Positions 1 to 9,986 of a DNA stretch of 64,000 nt are shown here, piece after piece (position 1 is the stretch's first letter; each line of letters begins with the position of its first letter). Origin of the DNA: Candidatus Latescibacterota bacterium (GTDB lineage: Bacteria; Latescibacterota; UBA2968; SICM01); assembly GCA_965217865.1 (NCBI GenBank), contig CBDCJO010000002.1, positions 3,648,001 through 3,712,000 of the forward strand, read 5' to 3'. Made by a program: the position numbers and the translations under genes. The notes beneath the pieces were generated by a model that was not told the origin of the DNA, ran no database searches, and saw nothing but the letters and a program-made list of their open reading frames with translations.

Positions 1-1692
1 CGCGCGAACTCCGGTAACCCGCCCATCTGCATCCCGAATGAACCTGTCCAGCATCAGCACCCGAATCACGGTCCCGTCCTTCCGTCGCCATGTTCGCTCG
101 TATGGCATTATTGATTCTCGCCCTGACAGCTTTTCGGTGACGGCTTTCCGGGACTCTTCCTGCTCCACGATAAACTCCCAGGGGTGCCGATCCAACATCT
201 CCTCGGCGGTGTATCCGAGCATTCTCTGCGCGGTGCGATTGACCCGGCGGATGCGGCCGTCTGTGTCGATCTCGTGGTAGCCCACAGGGGCATGATCAAA
301 CAGGTCGCGGAACCTGGCCTCGCTTTCTCGAAGCGCCTCCTCAGATTGATTCCGTTCAGTGATGTCCTGCAAGGATTGCCCGGATGCCGGTGACCCGTTC
401 ATCCGCATCCCGAATGAACCTGTCCTACATCAGGACCGGAATCAGAGTCCCGTCCTTCCGTCGCCAGGTTCGCTCGTAGGGTATTGTGGACTCACCCCCT
501 GAGAGTTTGTTCTCAATCGCCTGCCGGGATTCTTCCTGCTCCTCGATGAATTCCCAGGGACCCCGGCCCAGCATCTCCTCGGCGGTGTATCCGAGCATCT
601 CCTGCGCGGTGCGATTTACCCGGCGGATGCGGCCGTCTGTGTCGATCTCGTGGTAGCCCACAGGGGCCTGGTCGTACAGTTCGCGGAACCGGGCTTCGCT
701 ATTGCGATAAGCCTCGGCGCGAAGCCTCGCGGTTTGGAAAAAGTGAACCGTCAGGGAGAAGAGCATGGCCATCAGAAGCCCCCCCACCAGAGTGACTCGG
801 GAAGGGGGGATTGGGCTTTGGCCAGCAACTCGGACCCGGGGAAGACCCGCACACGCCACGTGACGCCAAATAGCCTGATTGTGGCCTCCTGGCCCCACGC
901 CTCTCCTTTCCCCCCACCTTCCTGATCGCGGCTGTAGATCTGCTCCAGCCCGTCGAAAACCGCAACTGAGTATCCTGGCGCAACCTGCTCGTGCAGGATG
1001 AAGTCGAACAGGTTTTTAATGAGAAAAACGCCGGTAATGAATCCGCCGAAGTCCTTCCCCTGGGAAATGGGTACATAAACCCGGAACCCCTTCCCACCCT
1101 GAATCAGGTCGAAGGCTCGTGTTACGGCCACCACGCGGCGGTTTCTTGCAGTCTCAAGCGCGGTCCGCCGCCTCTCCTCGAAGGTAAGGTCCAGATCCAG
1201 GGCGGCCTCATTACCATCGAGGGGCACGATCCAGCGCACGCGAGACGACGGATCCACCCATTCGACTGCCTGAGAACCGGGGTTATGCGCGGTGTAGTGC
1301 TTCGCATCCGCTTCCCACGCGCCCCTGGGTGTTCCAGCAAGATACTCCCATCGCTTTGCGACGCGAACCAACGCCAGGGTTTGAGATTCCATCTGGGCAA
1401 GGATCTCGCTTTTCACACTCGCGGCTGCAAGCTGACCCATCTGCACGATTTGTGCACTCTCCTGTCGATCCAGAGCTTTCCAGATGAAAGCTGTGAGGAT
1501 CGCCACGACCAAACCCATAAGGATCGGGAGCCATCTTGCCGATGTGAGTCCCTTGTTCATGGACATAACCGATGAGCCTGTCGACCCCTTGGGTGACCTG
1601 ACAAAGTGCTGATCAGACGTGCTGGATTGGTCGACACCCCATAAGATCAGCCCCAAAATGGTGGCACTCAGTATCCGCTTTTCTCCTTCCAT
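1..1692 (-). pseudogene. CHASE-domain membrane sensor with at least two PAS/PAC repeats; disrupted and runs off the window edge
   Basis: ORF 772-1692 is TM + CHASE-like (VEWVD...WIVPLDGNEAALDLDL...GFRVYVPI). It shifts frame at the C-run near 780 into ORF 425-898 (TM + PAS: SEARFRELYDQAPVGYHEIDTDG). An in-frame TAG at 425-427 sits where the paralog at 5484-6731 has Q. After a further frameshift near 370 a second PAS continues to base 1. Confidence 0.85.
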
Positions 1693-2423
1693 ATGAATCC
1701 CCCAATCGTGTTAATGGACCGGGATTCAATTGATAGGGTCTTAAATCTTCAGGGGATGAAAAACCGTCGGGGGAAAACGGAGTTCAGAACAGGTCCCTCT
1801 GCCGCGGGGGCAGACAAGGTGAGTGCGGACCTCCATCCTCAAAAGACGGGCAACGCCTTGAATCCCGGGCCTCAGAATCCTCACCAATTCAGGTCATTCG
1901 ACCACCTTAATGCAGTTTTGTGAGTTGAATGGATTGGGCACGGTTTCGGCCTCGGGGTCGTTCTTCCATTTCCCATCGACCATGAAGCGGTACTCATATG
2001 TCCCAGGTTCGAGCATCATATATGTGCTCCAAGAATGCTTCTTGCCCCGTTTCAAACGCCGGGATTCCGTATCCCAATTGTTAAAGGACCCGGTCAGAAT
2101 CACCTCTTTTGCTTTGGGGGCGAGTAGGCGAAGCTTCAAAAGGGCTTTCTCCTTAATCTGCCTCACCCGTTCTCTTGTCAGTCCGAACCAGTCTCCGATC
2201 TCTTCAAGCGTCATCTCTTCGGCACCGTCCAGACCGAAATAAAGCCGAATGATCTCCGATTCCCGCTTTTCAAGGGTATCCAACACCGCCCATATCTCCT
2301 CCCGCATCTCCTTCGGGTCCATGGCTTCGTCAAAGGATGCTTGAACCGGGTCGCTCAGGGTCTGAAGCAGGTGTATCTATTCTGAGATAACAAGAGAAAA
2401 GCAGATAAAGGTCCAAGCAAGAT

Positions 2424-3449
2424 TCAGGCAGCCTTGTGGATGGTCTGGGATGTTCTTTGCCGATTGATTTCTATGCGGCGCTGCCGAGCCTCCTCCTTTC
2501 GACCTTGTCGGTGGTGAAGAATCTTTTGATGCTGGCCTTTATGCCTCTGAAGAGGCGTGACATACTGTATTGCCCCGTGATAGCGTTCGGCGTTGTAGCT
2601 GTGAATGAAGGAATCAATCAGGCCTTCCAGTTGATGGAATGTGAAGATGTCCTGGAAGCGCAGCCAGTCGTATTTGAATGTCCGGAAAAAGGCTTCGATC
2701 CAGGCGTTGTCCGTGGGTGTTTGATATCGGGCAAACAGCTGCGAGATGCCCAGGTCCTTGAAGAATTGGGCCATCGATTTGGCCTTCATCTGAGATCCGT
2801 GATCTGAGAGGGCTGTCAAGCTTATGGGCCCAGTGTCCAGCAGTCCTTCGTTGGCAAGGGCTTGATCCCAAGCCTGTTTGACCTGCTCCACGGTCGCGTT
2901 GAAGGAGAGCTTCCATCCTACGATCTTCCTGGAATACACGTCGAGAATGGCGGTAAAATACAGGAACAAACCGAAAAATGGGATGTAGGTCAGGTCCCAG
3001 CTCCAGACCTGATTAGGACCTTCAGGTTTGACCTGGGGCTTGCTCTGCTTGACCGGCGTCCTCACCTGTTTCCTGCGTGCCAGACGTTCTTTCCTGGCCT
3101 GTCGGTAGAAGCTGGAGGCCGAGGCCTGCACTACCCCCTTCTCTGAGGCTACCACCGCCAGCTGATGGGGAGGCAGATCGGCATAGGTCTCATCCCTTAA
3201 GAGGGCCGGGATTTGCTCTTTCTCCTCCCTCAGCAATCCGTGTGGGGCCTCATCAGGGGCGGGCCCGGGCTTCCCATCCAAAAGCGGGTCCGACACCCCA
3301 TCCAGCTTCTCTTCTCGATCTCGCCGGCTCCAGGCACAATACCGCTGGAGGGGAAGCTGTAGGATCTCGCAAGAACGGGTGAGTTTCACCCCTTTCTCCT
3401 TGGCCCGATGGACCATTAAGAGGATCTCGCGTTTGACCTCAGCTTGCAC
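2424..3449 (-). CDS. IS3-family transposase OrfB (rve/DDE core)
   Basis: PNQVWSWDLTY, SDHGSQM, DNAWIEAFFRTFK and YNAERYH motifs. Confidence 0.95.
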   Translation of the reverse strand: MQAEVKREILLMVHRAKEKGVKLTRSCEILQLPLQRYCAWSRRDREEKLDGVSDPLLDGKPGPAPDEAPHGLLREEKEQIPALLRDETYADLPPHQLAVVASEKGVVQASASSFYRQARKERLARRKQVRTPVKQSKPQVKPEGPNQVWSWDLTYIPFFGLFLYFTAILDVYSRKIVGWKLSFNATVEQVKQAWDQALANEGLLDTGPISLTALSDHGSQMKAKSMAQFFKDLGISQLFARYQTPTDNAWIEAFFRTFKYDWLRFQDIFTFHQLEGLIDSFIHSYNAERYHGAIQYVTPLQRHKGQHQKILHHRQGRKEEARQRRIEINRQRTSQTIHKAA

Positions 3450-3472
3450 CCGGTGGCCCTTGATCGGGCCTG

Positions 3473-3808
3473 TCAGATCCCATTCACACTTTTTTTTAGC
3501 AGGGAAAGTTCCACAGATTGCTCAATGATCGTTTGCTCCAGGCGTGCCCGCTCTTTGCGCAGCTGCTCCACCTCCTCAGCCGATACCATCGGCTTGCGGC
3601 TCCGGCGACCCTTGAACTCCTTGAGGGCCCCGGACTTGACCGACTCACGAATACGCTTTAGATCCGAGGAATGAATGCCCCATTTCCGCAGCACCTGTGC
3701 AATGGGAACATCTCCCCGGCTGGCTTCAAGGAAAATCTCATACTTCTGTTCCGGGGACAAGCTCCTGCGCTTCTTGACCGGGTCACTGTTTGAGGACAGT
3801 TGCTCCAT
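3473..3808 (-). CDS. IS3-family transposase OrfA (HTH + coiled coil)
   Basis: 111 aa HTH-type ORF. An A8 run near its end followed by a GGCCC-GATCAA-GGGCC hairpin puts OrfB in the -1 frame. Confidence 0.9.
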   Translation of the reverse strand: MEQLSSNSDPVKKRRSLSPEQKYEIFLEASRGDVPIAQVLRKWGIHSSDLKRIRESVKSGALKEFKGRRSRKPMVSAEEVEQLRKERARLEQTIIEQSVELSLLKKSVNGI

Positions 3809-4607
3809 CTTTACTCCTCCTGTGAGGTCAGGGATATCCCAAAATATGTATCCCTTCTCAACCCTACAGGCAACCAGGATCTTGCTTCGACCTTGCCCCC
3901 GTTTTTTCGGGCGATCTCAGACAAAAGATACAGGTTAGATCCGGATTCCTCATCAAAATGGGCATCGAGGGATATAGGCGGCTGAATGTCGCGCAGGGTT
4001 TGATCTATCTCCTCAAACGAAACACCCATGTCATCAGCAACCTGCTCTGTTGAAGGGGCATCCTGCAGCTCCTGCTGCAAACCCGGAGAAAGACCTCAAG
4101 ATACGGGCCGAGAGATCGAGCCGGCTAATGGGGATCCGAACGGTCCTTTCCACTCGGAGGGCATCAAGGATGGCCTGACGCACCCACCAGACCCCATAAG
4201 AGATAAATTTGAAGCCACACCTCCAATCAAACCGCTCCGCGGCTTTTAGGAGCCCGATGTTTCCTGCGCTGACCAACTCCTCCAGGCTAAGCCCCCGATT
4301 GCGGTAGCCCTTAGCAACACTCACGACGAAGCGGAGATTGGCCTGGACCAGCTCATTCCTCGCGTCCACGTCACCTTCCTGGATGGCGCGGGCTATCCGG
4401 CCCTCCTCTTCCGCAGAGAGGAGTCGGGAGCGAGAAATCTCCTTAAAGTACGTGGTCAGTGACCAATAAGAGGTCTTCTCGAGTTCCTGGCTGTCCATAG
4501 TTGAGATCCTCATGCTCATACGGAAAGATTTCGTTCAAATTTAAGGGTCTAATTAGCCTTTGACAATCGGGGGAATCCTGATTTTGGGGTTCGAAAAACC
4601 TGAAAAG

Positions 4608-4740
<133 letters not shown>

Positions 4741-4828
4741 AGTGTACGGCATGGAGGTGTGATGAAGGGAAGGATGAAACCTGGAACTGATAGGGGGGAG
4801 AACAGGAGGTAGGGGGATCTGTCTTAAA

Positions 4829-5506
4829 TCAATCTTCAAGGGAGGTTAAACCTGACCGAATGGCGTACTTGGTTAGATCAGCGATGCTGTGGAGGTCGAG
4901 TTTCTCCATAATGTGCTGGCGGTATGTCTCGACGGTTTTAACGCTTACATTAAGATGCGAGGCGATCTCTTTGGTGGAATTTCCTTCAGCCAAGAGCTGA
5001 AGTACTTCACGCTCTCTACCCGTGAGGACGGAAGAATCCGGCTCGGTGTCTTTTGAGATCTTACGAACGTAGTCTTCTACCACGACCCCGGTTATCGAAG
5101 GGCTCAGGTAGATCTTGTTCGATCTCACTGTGTGGAGGGCGGTGACCAGCTCCTCGAAGGCGGAGTCCTTCAAGAGATAACCGGATGCGCCCGCACCAAG
5201 CATTCCAGAAACGAACCGCCTGTCCGAGTGCATGGAAAGGCCGATCACCTTGATGTGAGGGAATTCAGCTTTGATTTTGCGCGTTGCATCGATTCCGTTC
5301 AGATCGCGCATGCCGATATCCATGACGACAATTTCCGGGGAAAGGTCGCGGGCCATCTGGATGGCGGCGCGTCCGTCCTCTACCTCGGCCACGACCTCCA
5401 TGTCCGGCTGTCCCTGGATCAAGACGCGGAGGCCCTCCCGCACAAGCCTGTGGTCGTCGGCAAGGAGGATCCTGATGCTCACATCACCCCTCCTGTGTTG
5501 TGGCAT
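4829..5506 (-). CDS. NarL/FixJ-family response regulator (REC + LuxR HTH)
   Basis: ILLADDHRLVREG, VVMDIGM, GYLLKD, LTGREREVLQLLAEG...TVETYR. The true start is probably the GTG near 5482. Confidence 0.95.
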   Translation of the reverse strand: MPQHRRGDVSIRILLADDHRLVREGLRVLIQGQPDMEVVAEVEDGRAAIQMARDLSPEIVVMDIGMRDLNGIDATRKIKAEFPHIKVIGLSMHSDRRFVSGMLGAGASGYLLKDSAFEELVTALHTVRSNKIYLSPSITGVVVEDYVRKISKDTEPDSSVLTGREREVLQLLAEGNSTKEIASHLNVSVKTVETYRQHIMEKLDLHSIADLTKYAIRSGLTSLED

Positions 5507-6731
5507 TGGATGTTAAGGGGGCCGTCAAGACAGCTCTGGTTCCCTCTTTCGGGGTTGAAACGATCAGAAAACGTCCGCCAAGAAGATTCAAACGCTCCCG
5601 GATCTGGAAGAGACCAAGCTTCGGGGGCCGGTCTCCAGAGAGGCTGGTTCTGGACGTATCGAACCCGATCCCGTCGTCTTCAACCGTGATTTGTATGTCG
5701 TTGTCATTCCTTATAATTGACACCTTCGCGTGATGCGCGTGCGCGTGCTTGACGACGTTAATCAACAGCTCCCGCAACGTCCGAAAGAGGAGAACGCGAA
5801 CATCGTTGTTGAGGGGCTTTGGCTCTGAGTCATTCTCAAATTTAATCGAGATTCCGTGCTCTTCCTGGATCTGTTCGGTGAGCCATTCGGCTGCGGCTTC
5901 GAGCTCCAGTTCATAGAGGATTGGAGGGCTGAGCTCAAAGGTCAATGATCGGATATCCTGAATGATCTGGTCGAAAAGCCCTCGGAGCTCGTCAAGGGGT
6001 TTGTGAATATCAGTCGATGAAGCCGATGCGCGCAGTGCACCTAATTTAATCTTGGATACCGCCAGGGCCTGGCCGGTCCGGTCGTGCAGGTCTGCTGCGA
6101 TGCGTTTTCGTTCCTGATCCTCGGTCAATGTCAATTCGGAAACCAGAGACCTTAGTTCCTTTTGATAGGCCAGCAGTCTTTCCTCCGCCCGCTTGCGTTC
6201 GGTGATGTCCTGGATGGTTGCCCGGATGCCGGAAATCCGTCCATCAGCATCCCGCATGACGTGGTCCTGCATCAAGGTAGGCAGAAGAGTCCCATCCTTC
6301 CGCCGCCATGTCCGCTCGTAAGGACTGGGGGATTCAGACCCGCTTAGCTTGTTGACGACAGCCTGATGAGAAGCCTCCCGCTCAACGATAAACTCCCACG
6401 GGTGCCGCCCCAGGATCTCCTTCTCTGCATAGCCGAGCATGGCCAAGGCTGTGTAGTTGGTCTGGATGATACGACCCTCGGTGTCGATTTCGTGGTAGCC
6501 GACAGGAGCCTGGTCATAAAGGTCGCGAAACCTCGCTTCGCTCTCCCTCAAGGTCTCCTCGTCAGTTTGTCGGGGGCCGACCGCCGATGCTTCCAGCTCG
6601 GCAACCCGGCGCCTTATTATGGTTAATTCCTTAATAAGTTGCAGCTTTGTCTTATTTTGATCTTTCATGTCATCCAAAAAAATTCCGTAACACAAGAAAA
6701 GCCGCACCTGTGCAATGCGGCTAACGATCAA
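5484..6731 (-). CDS. PAS-domain sensor histidine kinase (HisKA_3/HATPase)
   Basis: PAS/PAC, ERKRIAADLHD, ELLINVVKHA, VEDDGIGFD; adjacent to the response regulator. Start probably near 6670. Confidence 0.93.
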   Translation of the reverse strand: MIVSRIAQVRLFLCYGIFLDDMKDQNKTKLQLIKELTIIRRRVAELEASAVGPRQTDEETLRESEARFRDLYDQAPVGYHEIDTEGRIIQTNYTALAMLGYAEKEILGRHPWEFIVEREASHQAVVNKLSGSESPSPYERTWRRKDGTLLPTLMQDHVMRDADGRISGIRATIQDITERKRAEERLLAYQKELRSLVSELTLTEDQERKRIAADLHDRTGQALAVSKIKLGALRASASSTDIHKPLDELRGLFDQIIQDIRSLTFELSPPILYELELEAAAEWLTEQIQEEHGISIKFENDSEPKPLNNDVRVLLFRTLRELLINVVKHAHAHHAKVSIIRNDNDIQITVEDDGIGFDTSRTSLSGDRPPKLGLFQIRERLNLLGGRFLIVSTPKEGTRAVLTAPLTSNATTQEG

Positions 6732-6836
6732 GACCGTTCCCCTCCAGTGGCAAAAAATGCGGAGACCATTGATGGAAGAAACGAAATCAATAATGAAACA
6801 ATGTCAAGGAATTGTCAAGAAGAATACAGAGAGAAA

Positions 6837-7163
6837 TTATTGATGAAGGTGTGTGTATCTCAACAGGAGCCTGCTCTCCCTACGGGAATTCGAGGATGGG
6901 AAGGGGTGGGAAGGTTTCCGAGATCTCCGGCAGCGTTTTTCTGCGCGCAGGGCAACTGGACTAATTCTGAGACGGGATGGGGCGATCCGTATGAACATAT
7001 GAACGATCTTAACCCCGAGCGCATAAACCACACGTATGGGTAGATTCCACTTTAATCTATACGCCTTTCTTAATTTCGAAGGGAGCATGCCGGCAGCAAG
7101 TACATAATTAATTGGGCTAAGGAAGAAAAAAAACCGTGGACCACGGAGAAGTGCATCGGCCAC
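6837..7163 (-). pseudogene. C-terminal remnant resembling DUF2236/MpaB-family oxygenase
   Basis: GMLPSKLRKAYRLKW...RLRISP resembles the C-terminus of that family; no N-terminal part is visible. Confidence 0.45.
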
Positions 7164-7422
7164 CGCGCGGCAGCCCTTTAAGGGACGTTGGTTTGTGAAC
7201 AGTGGACCCTTTTATTCGTAAAGCCGACAGGGGGCGCCACTACATTTTCGTTGCCCCGTAGATCATGGCAGCGTAGATCACCAGCAGGCTGAAGACAATT
7301 AACGCTCCCTTGATAAGGGAAACAGAGATTTTTAAGATTCTTTTCATCACAACTTTCCAATCTCTTCATCCGCCCCCCAAAAAGAAAAATCCGCACCCCC
7401 CCTTTCCCGACTTTTCTCGGTC

Positions 7423-7497
7423 TTCGGTAGTGCGGAAGTCTTTCCCTATTCGGCTGTAGCTTTGCGTCCTGACGCTTAGTTAGTTTGCCCTTTCGGA
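7423..7497 (-). ncRNA. Degenerate cyclic-dinucleotide (c-di-GMP-I/GEMM) riboswitch
   Basis: Minus strand reads AAGGGCAAAC-taactaagcgtca-GGACGCAAAGCTACAG...CTACCGAAG, matching GEMM conserved blocks. The P2 tetraloop and P3 are imperfect. Confidence 0.55.
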
Positions 7498-7628
7498 TCG
7501 TTAAAACGTCGTAAACACTAAAACGTCCGGAGGCCCCGATAGGTTCCCTTCGGCACGCTGTTATGGATTAACTTATTGTATAATCTATATATATTTATAA
7601 TTATGCCGGGGATCATCGGCAATAAAAA

Positions 7629-7850
7629 GTAAATCACCCCGCCCAAAGGGCGGGGCATTAACCACTCCCCTCCCCAAACAGATCCAACTGTAGGGGCCCT
7701 TTCTGCTCTTGAAGATGAAACCGAATATATCCTCTGATCACTTTAGAAGTTACCTTTTCGACTACGGTACGGACAAAACAGCCTTTTAGCTTACCCTCAG
7801 CAAGCTAAACTTTTCCTCCCCTTCCAAAGGAAGGGGTATCCAAGTTCAAA
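7629..7850 (+). mobile_element. Non-autonomous IS200/IS605-type mini element (paired terminal hairpins, no ORF)
   Basis: Left GTAAATCACCCCGCCC-AAA-GGGCGGGGC and right TTCCTCCCCTTCC-AAA-GGAAGGGGTATCC resemble the subterminal palindromes of IS200/IS605 (IscB/TnpB-type) ends. Confidence 0.55.
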
Positions 7851-7965
7851 TACTTTCATGAAGCATAGCTCAAACAGAAAATTGAGTCCCAAGGTTCAGT
7901 AGAGTGAACCGGGGTTCAAAGGTCCAGGTTTCCGGTTCCAAAGATTACTAGGATTTGAGTTTCGA

Positions 7966-7995
7966 GGTAGGGGCGCACAGTCGTGCGCCCCTACC
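7966..7995. repeat. GTAG-type REP palindrome
   Basis: GGTAGGGGCGCAC-agtc-GTGCGCCCCTACC, a perfect 13-bp stem downstream of amtB. Confidence 0.75.
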
Positions 7996-8056
7996 GGATG
8001 ACGGTCTATGAAAATTTCCGATCAACAAAACGCCATATTTGGAAGAGGTCTGACGT

Positions 8057-9355
8057 TTATATGTTGTAACCTCTTTCGTCGTGCAGGGAGAGGTCCAATC
8101 CGGCTGTCTCCTCTTCCTGCGTGACCCGCAAGCCCACCACGGCATCGATTACCTTGAGGATGATCAGAGACCCGATCGCCGAATAGGCTGCTGTAGCGAC
8201 AATCCCTATGACCTGGATCCCGAGCTGGCTTCCGATGCTCCGCTCCAAGCCAACACCTCCCCAGCTCGCATCTGCGAAGATGCCGGTGAGCAAGGCCCCC
8301 ACCATTCCACCGATCCCGTGGACCCCGAACACATCGAGAGAATCGTCGTAGCCGAGTTTGTTCTTGAGGGTGGTGGCCCCCCAGAAACAGATGAACCCGG
8401 CCGCAAAACCGATGATCAAGGCGCCGATTGGGCCCACAAATCCCGATGCGGGGGTGATGGCCACAAGGCCACCTACGGCGCCGGTAATGATGCCCAGGAC
8501 ACTCGGGGTGCCGTTTTTGATCCACTCGACAAACATCCAGGTGAGGGCTGCGGCAGCCGTGGCGATATGGGTTACGGCCATTGCCATGCCTGCCGTGCCG
8601 TCCGCGGCAAGCTGGCTTCCCGCGTTAAAACCGAACCAGCCAACCCAGAGCATCGAAGCCCCCACCACTGAAAGGGTCAGGCTGTTGGGGGGCATCGGGG
8701 TCTTTGGGAATCCCTGACGCTTTCCAAGGACCACTGCTGCAACCAGGCCAGCAAACCCCGCGTTGATGTGGACAACCGTGCCTCCTGCGAAGTCGAGGGC
8801 ACCCAGGTCGCTCAACCAGCCCCCCCCCCAAACCCAGTGGCATACCGGGGCATATATCAGGGTCAGCCAGAGTCCCATGAACCAGAGCATCGCAGAGAAC
8901 TTCATCCGCTCGGCAAAGGCCCCAACGATCAGGGCGGGGGTGATCACCGCGAAGGTCAACTGGAACATCCAGAAGACGGTCTCCGGGATCGTTCCGGAGA
9001 CGGAAGAGACATTCACGCCTGACATAAAGGCCTTGCCAAGGCCGCCGACGAACTTGTTCATCGGACCCGTTTCAAACGCGAGGCTGTAGGCATAAAACAT
9101 CCAGAGGATGCTCATCAAAGCCGTGATCGCAAAGCACTGCATCATAACCGAGAGGACGTTCTTGCTTCGAACCAGGCCTGCATAGAAGAGCGAAAGGCCG
9201 GGGATGGTCATAAACAGAACCAGAACGCATGAAACGAGCATCCATGACGTATCACCCGAGTCGAGCTTGTCCTCGGCCATGGCAAGCCCTGGCAGGGCCA
9301 GGAGCAGGATCGTGATAAGCCCCAATAATCGACCTCGAAATCTACATGCCATCAT
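8057..9355 (-). CDS. amtB: Ammonium transporter
   Basis: FYAGLVRSKN, FQLTFA, DFAGGTVVHINAG, LWVGWFGFNAGS, DDSLDVFGVHG. Confidence 0.98.
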   Translation of the reverse strand: MMACRFRGRLLGLITILLLALPGLAMAEDKLDSGDTSWMLVSCVLVLFMTIPGLSLFYAGLVRSKNVLSVMMQCFAITALMSILWMFYAYSLAFETGPMNKFVGGLGKAFMSGVNVSSVSGTIPETVFWMFQLTFAVITPALIVGAFAERMKFSAMLWFMGLWLTLIYAPVCHWVWGGGWLSDLGALDFAGGTVVHINAGFAGLVAAVVLGKRQGFPKTPMPPNSLTLSVVGASMLWVGWFGFNAGSQLAADGTAGMAMAVTHIATAAAALTWMFVEWIKNGTPSVLGIITGAVGGLVAITPASGFVGPIGALIIGFAAGFICFWGATTLKNKLGYDDSLDVFGVHGIGGMVGALLTGIFADASWGGVGLERSIGSQLGIQVIGIVATAAYSAIGSLIILKVIDAVVGLRVTQEEETAGLDLSLHDERGYNI

Positions 9356-9381
9356 TTCTTCATCCCTCCTGAGTTAAGATT

Positions 9382-9720
9382 TCAAAGGGCATCGGAGCCC
9401 GTCTCACCGGTCCGGATCCTGATTACCTGTCCCACATCCGACACAAAAATTTTACCGTCTCCAACGTTTCCCGTCTGAGCGGCATTAACAATCGCTTCGA
9501 TCGCCTGATCGACCATGTCGTCGTTCACGACAGTTTCCAGCTTCACCTTCGGGACAAATTCCACCGAATATTCCGCACCGCGATAGACCTCTTTGTGACC
9601 CTTCTGTCGTCCAAACCCCCTGGCTTCGGTGACCGTCATTCCCTGGACCCCGATTCCAGACAGGGCTTCTCTTACCTGGTTCTCCCTGTGAGGCTGAACG
9701 ATTGCGGTGATGATTTTCAT
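9382..9720 (-). CDS. glnK: P-II nitrogen regulatory protein
   Basis: 112 aa, [16 protein letters not shown] and TG..GDGKIFV; directly upstream of amtB. Confidence 0.97.
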   Translation of the reverse strand: MKIITAIVQPHRENQVREALSGIGVQGMTVTEARGFGRQKGHKEVYRGAEYSVEFVPKVKLETVVNDDMVDQAIEAIVNAAQTGNVGDGKIFVSDVGQVIRIRTGETGSDAL

Positions 9721-9877
9721 AGCCTGCTTCTCCTTGTGAGTTTAGGTGACAGTCCGGACGCAGTTCTCCGTGCCGAAGATTTCCGGCGGAACTCCGGCAT
9801 CGACAATCTCCTTTTCTTGCAAACCAAAATTTTATTGGGTTATGATGTCGGTACTTGAGAAGGCACCGCGCGGAATG

Positions 9878-9915
9878 AAAAGGAGCGGAGGGCCCGTAGC
9901 CGAACCCCCCGCTCC
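9878..9915 (-). terminator. Probable intrinsic terminator after the porin gene
   Basis: Minus strand GGAGCGGGGGG...CCCTCCGCTCC followed by TTTT. Confidence 0.6.
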
Positions 9916-9986
9916 CCCGGCCAGGTGGGTAATGTAATCGATTGGTGAATCTAGGAGAGTACCCAGGTCTCATGAACCGGATACGG

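Larger units (their letters stand above)
2372..3930 (-). mobile_element. IS3-family insertion sequence, copy 1 (1559 bp)
   Basis: Imperfect IRs TATCTTTTGTCTGAGAT / TGTATCTATTCTGAGAT, CAGG target duplication, orfA + orfB; near-identical to the copies at 51163 and 57686. Confidence 0.95.
1894..4519 (-). pseudogene. RpoD/RpoS-type sigma70 factor with C-terminal CBM48/AMPK-beta-like glycogen-binding domain; split by IS3 and frameshifted
   Basis: 4034-4519 holds regions 1.2/2 (LLSAEEE, NLRFVVSVAKGY, GFKFISYGVWWVRQAI). An extra base near 4080 precedes region 3 (ISLDAHFDEE). Removing the IS and TSD gives an in-frame join (SNL-LQTLSD) to region 4 (TLEEIG...LTRERVRQIKEKAL) and then APKAKEVILTGSFNNW...PGTYEYRFMVDGKW...NPF. 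Confidence 0.88.

Noticed and set aside
9771-9845. NtrC/NrpR site or sigma54 promoter upstream of glnK
   Set aside because: Only an imperfect palindrome is present, and the GG-to-GC spacing is 11 rather than 10.
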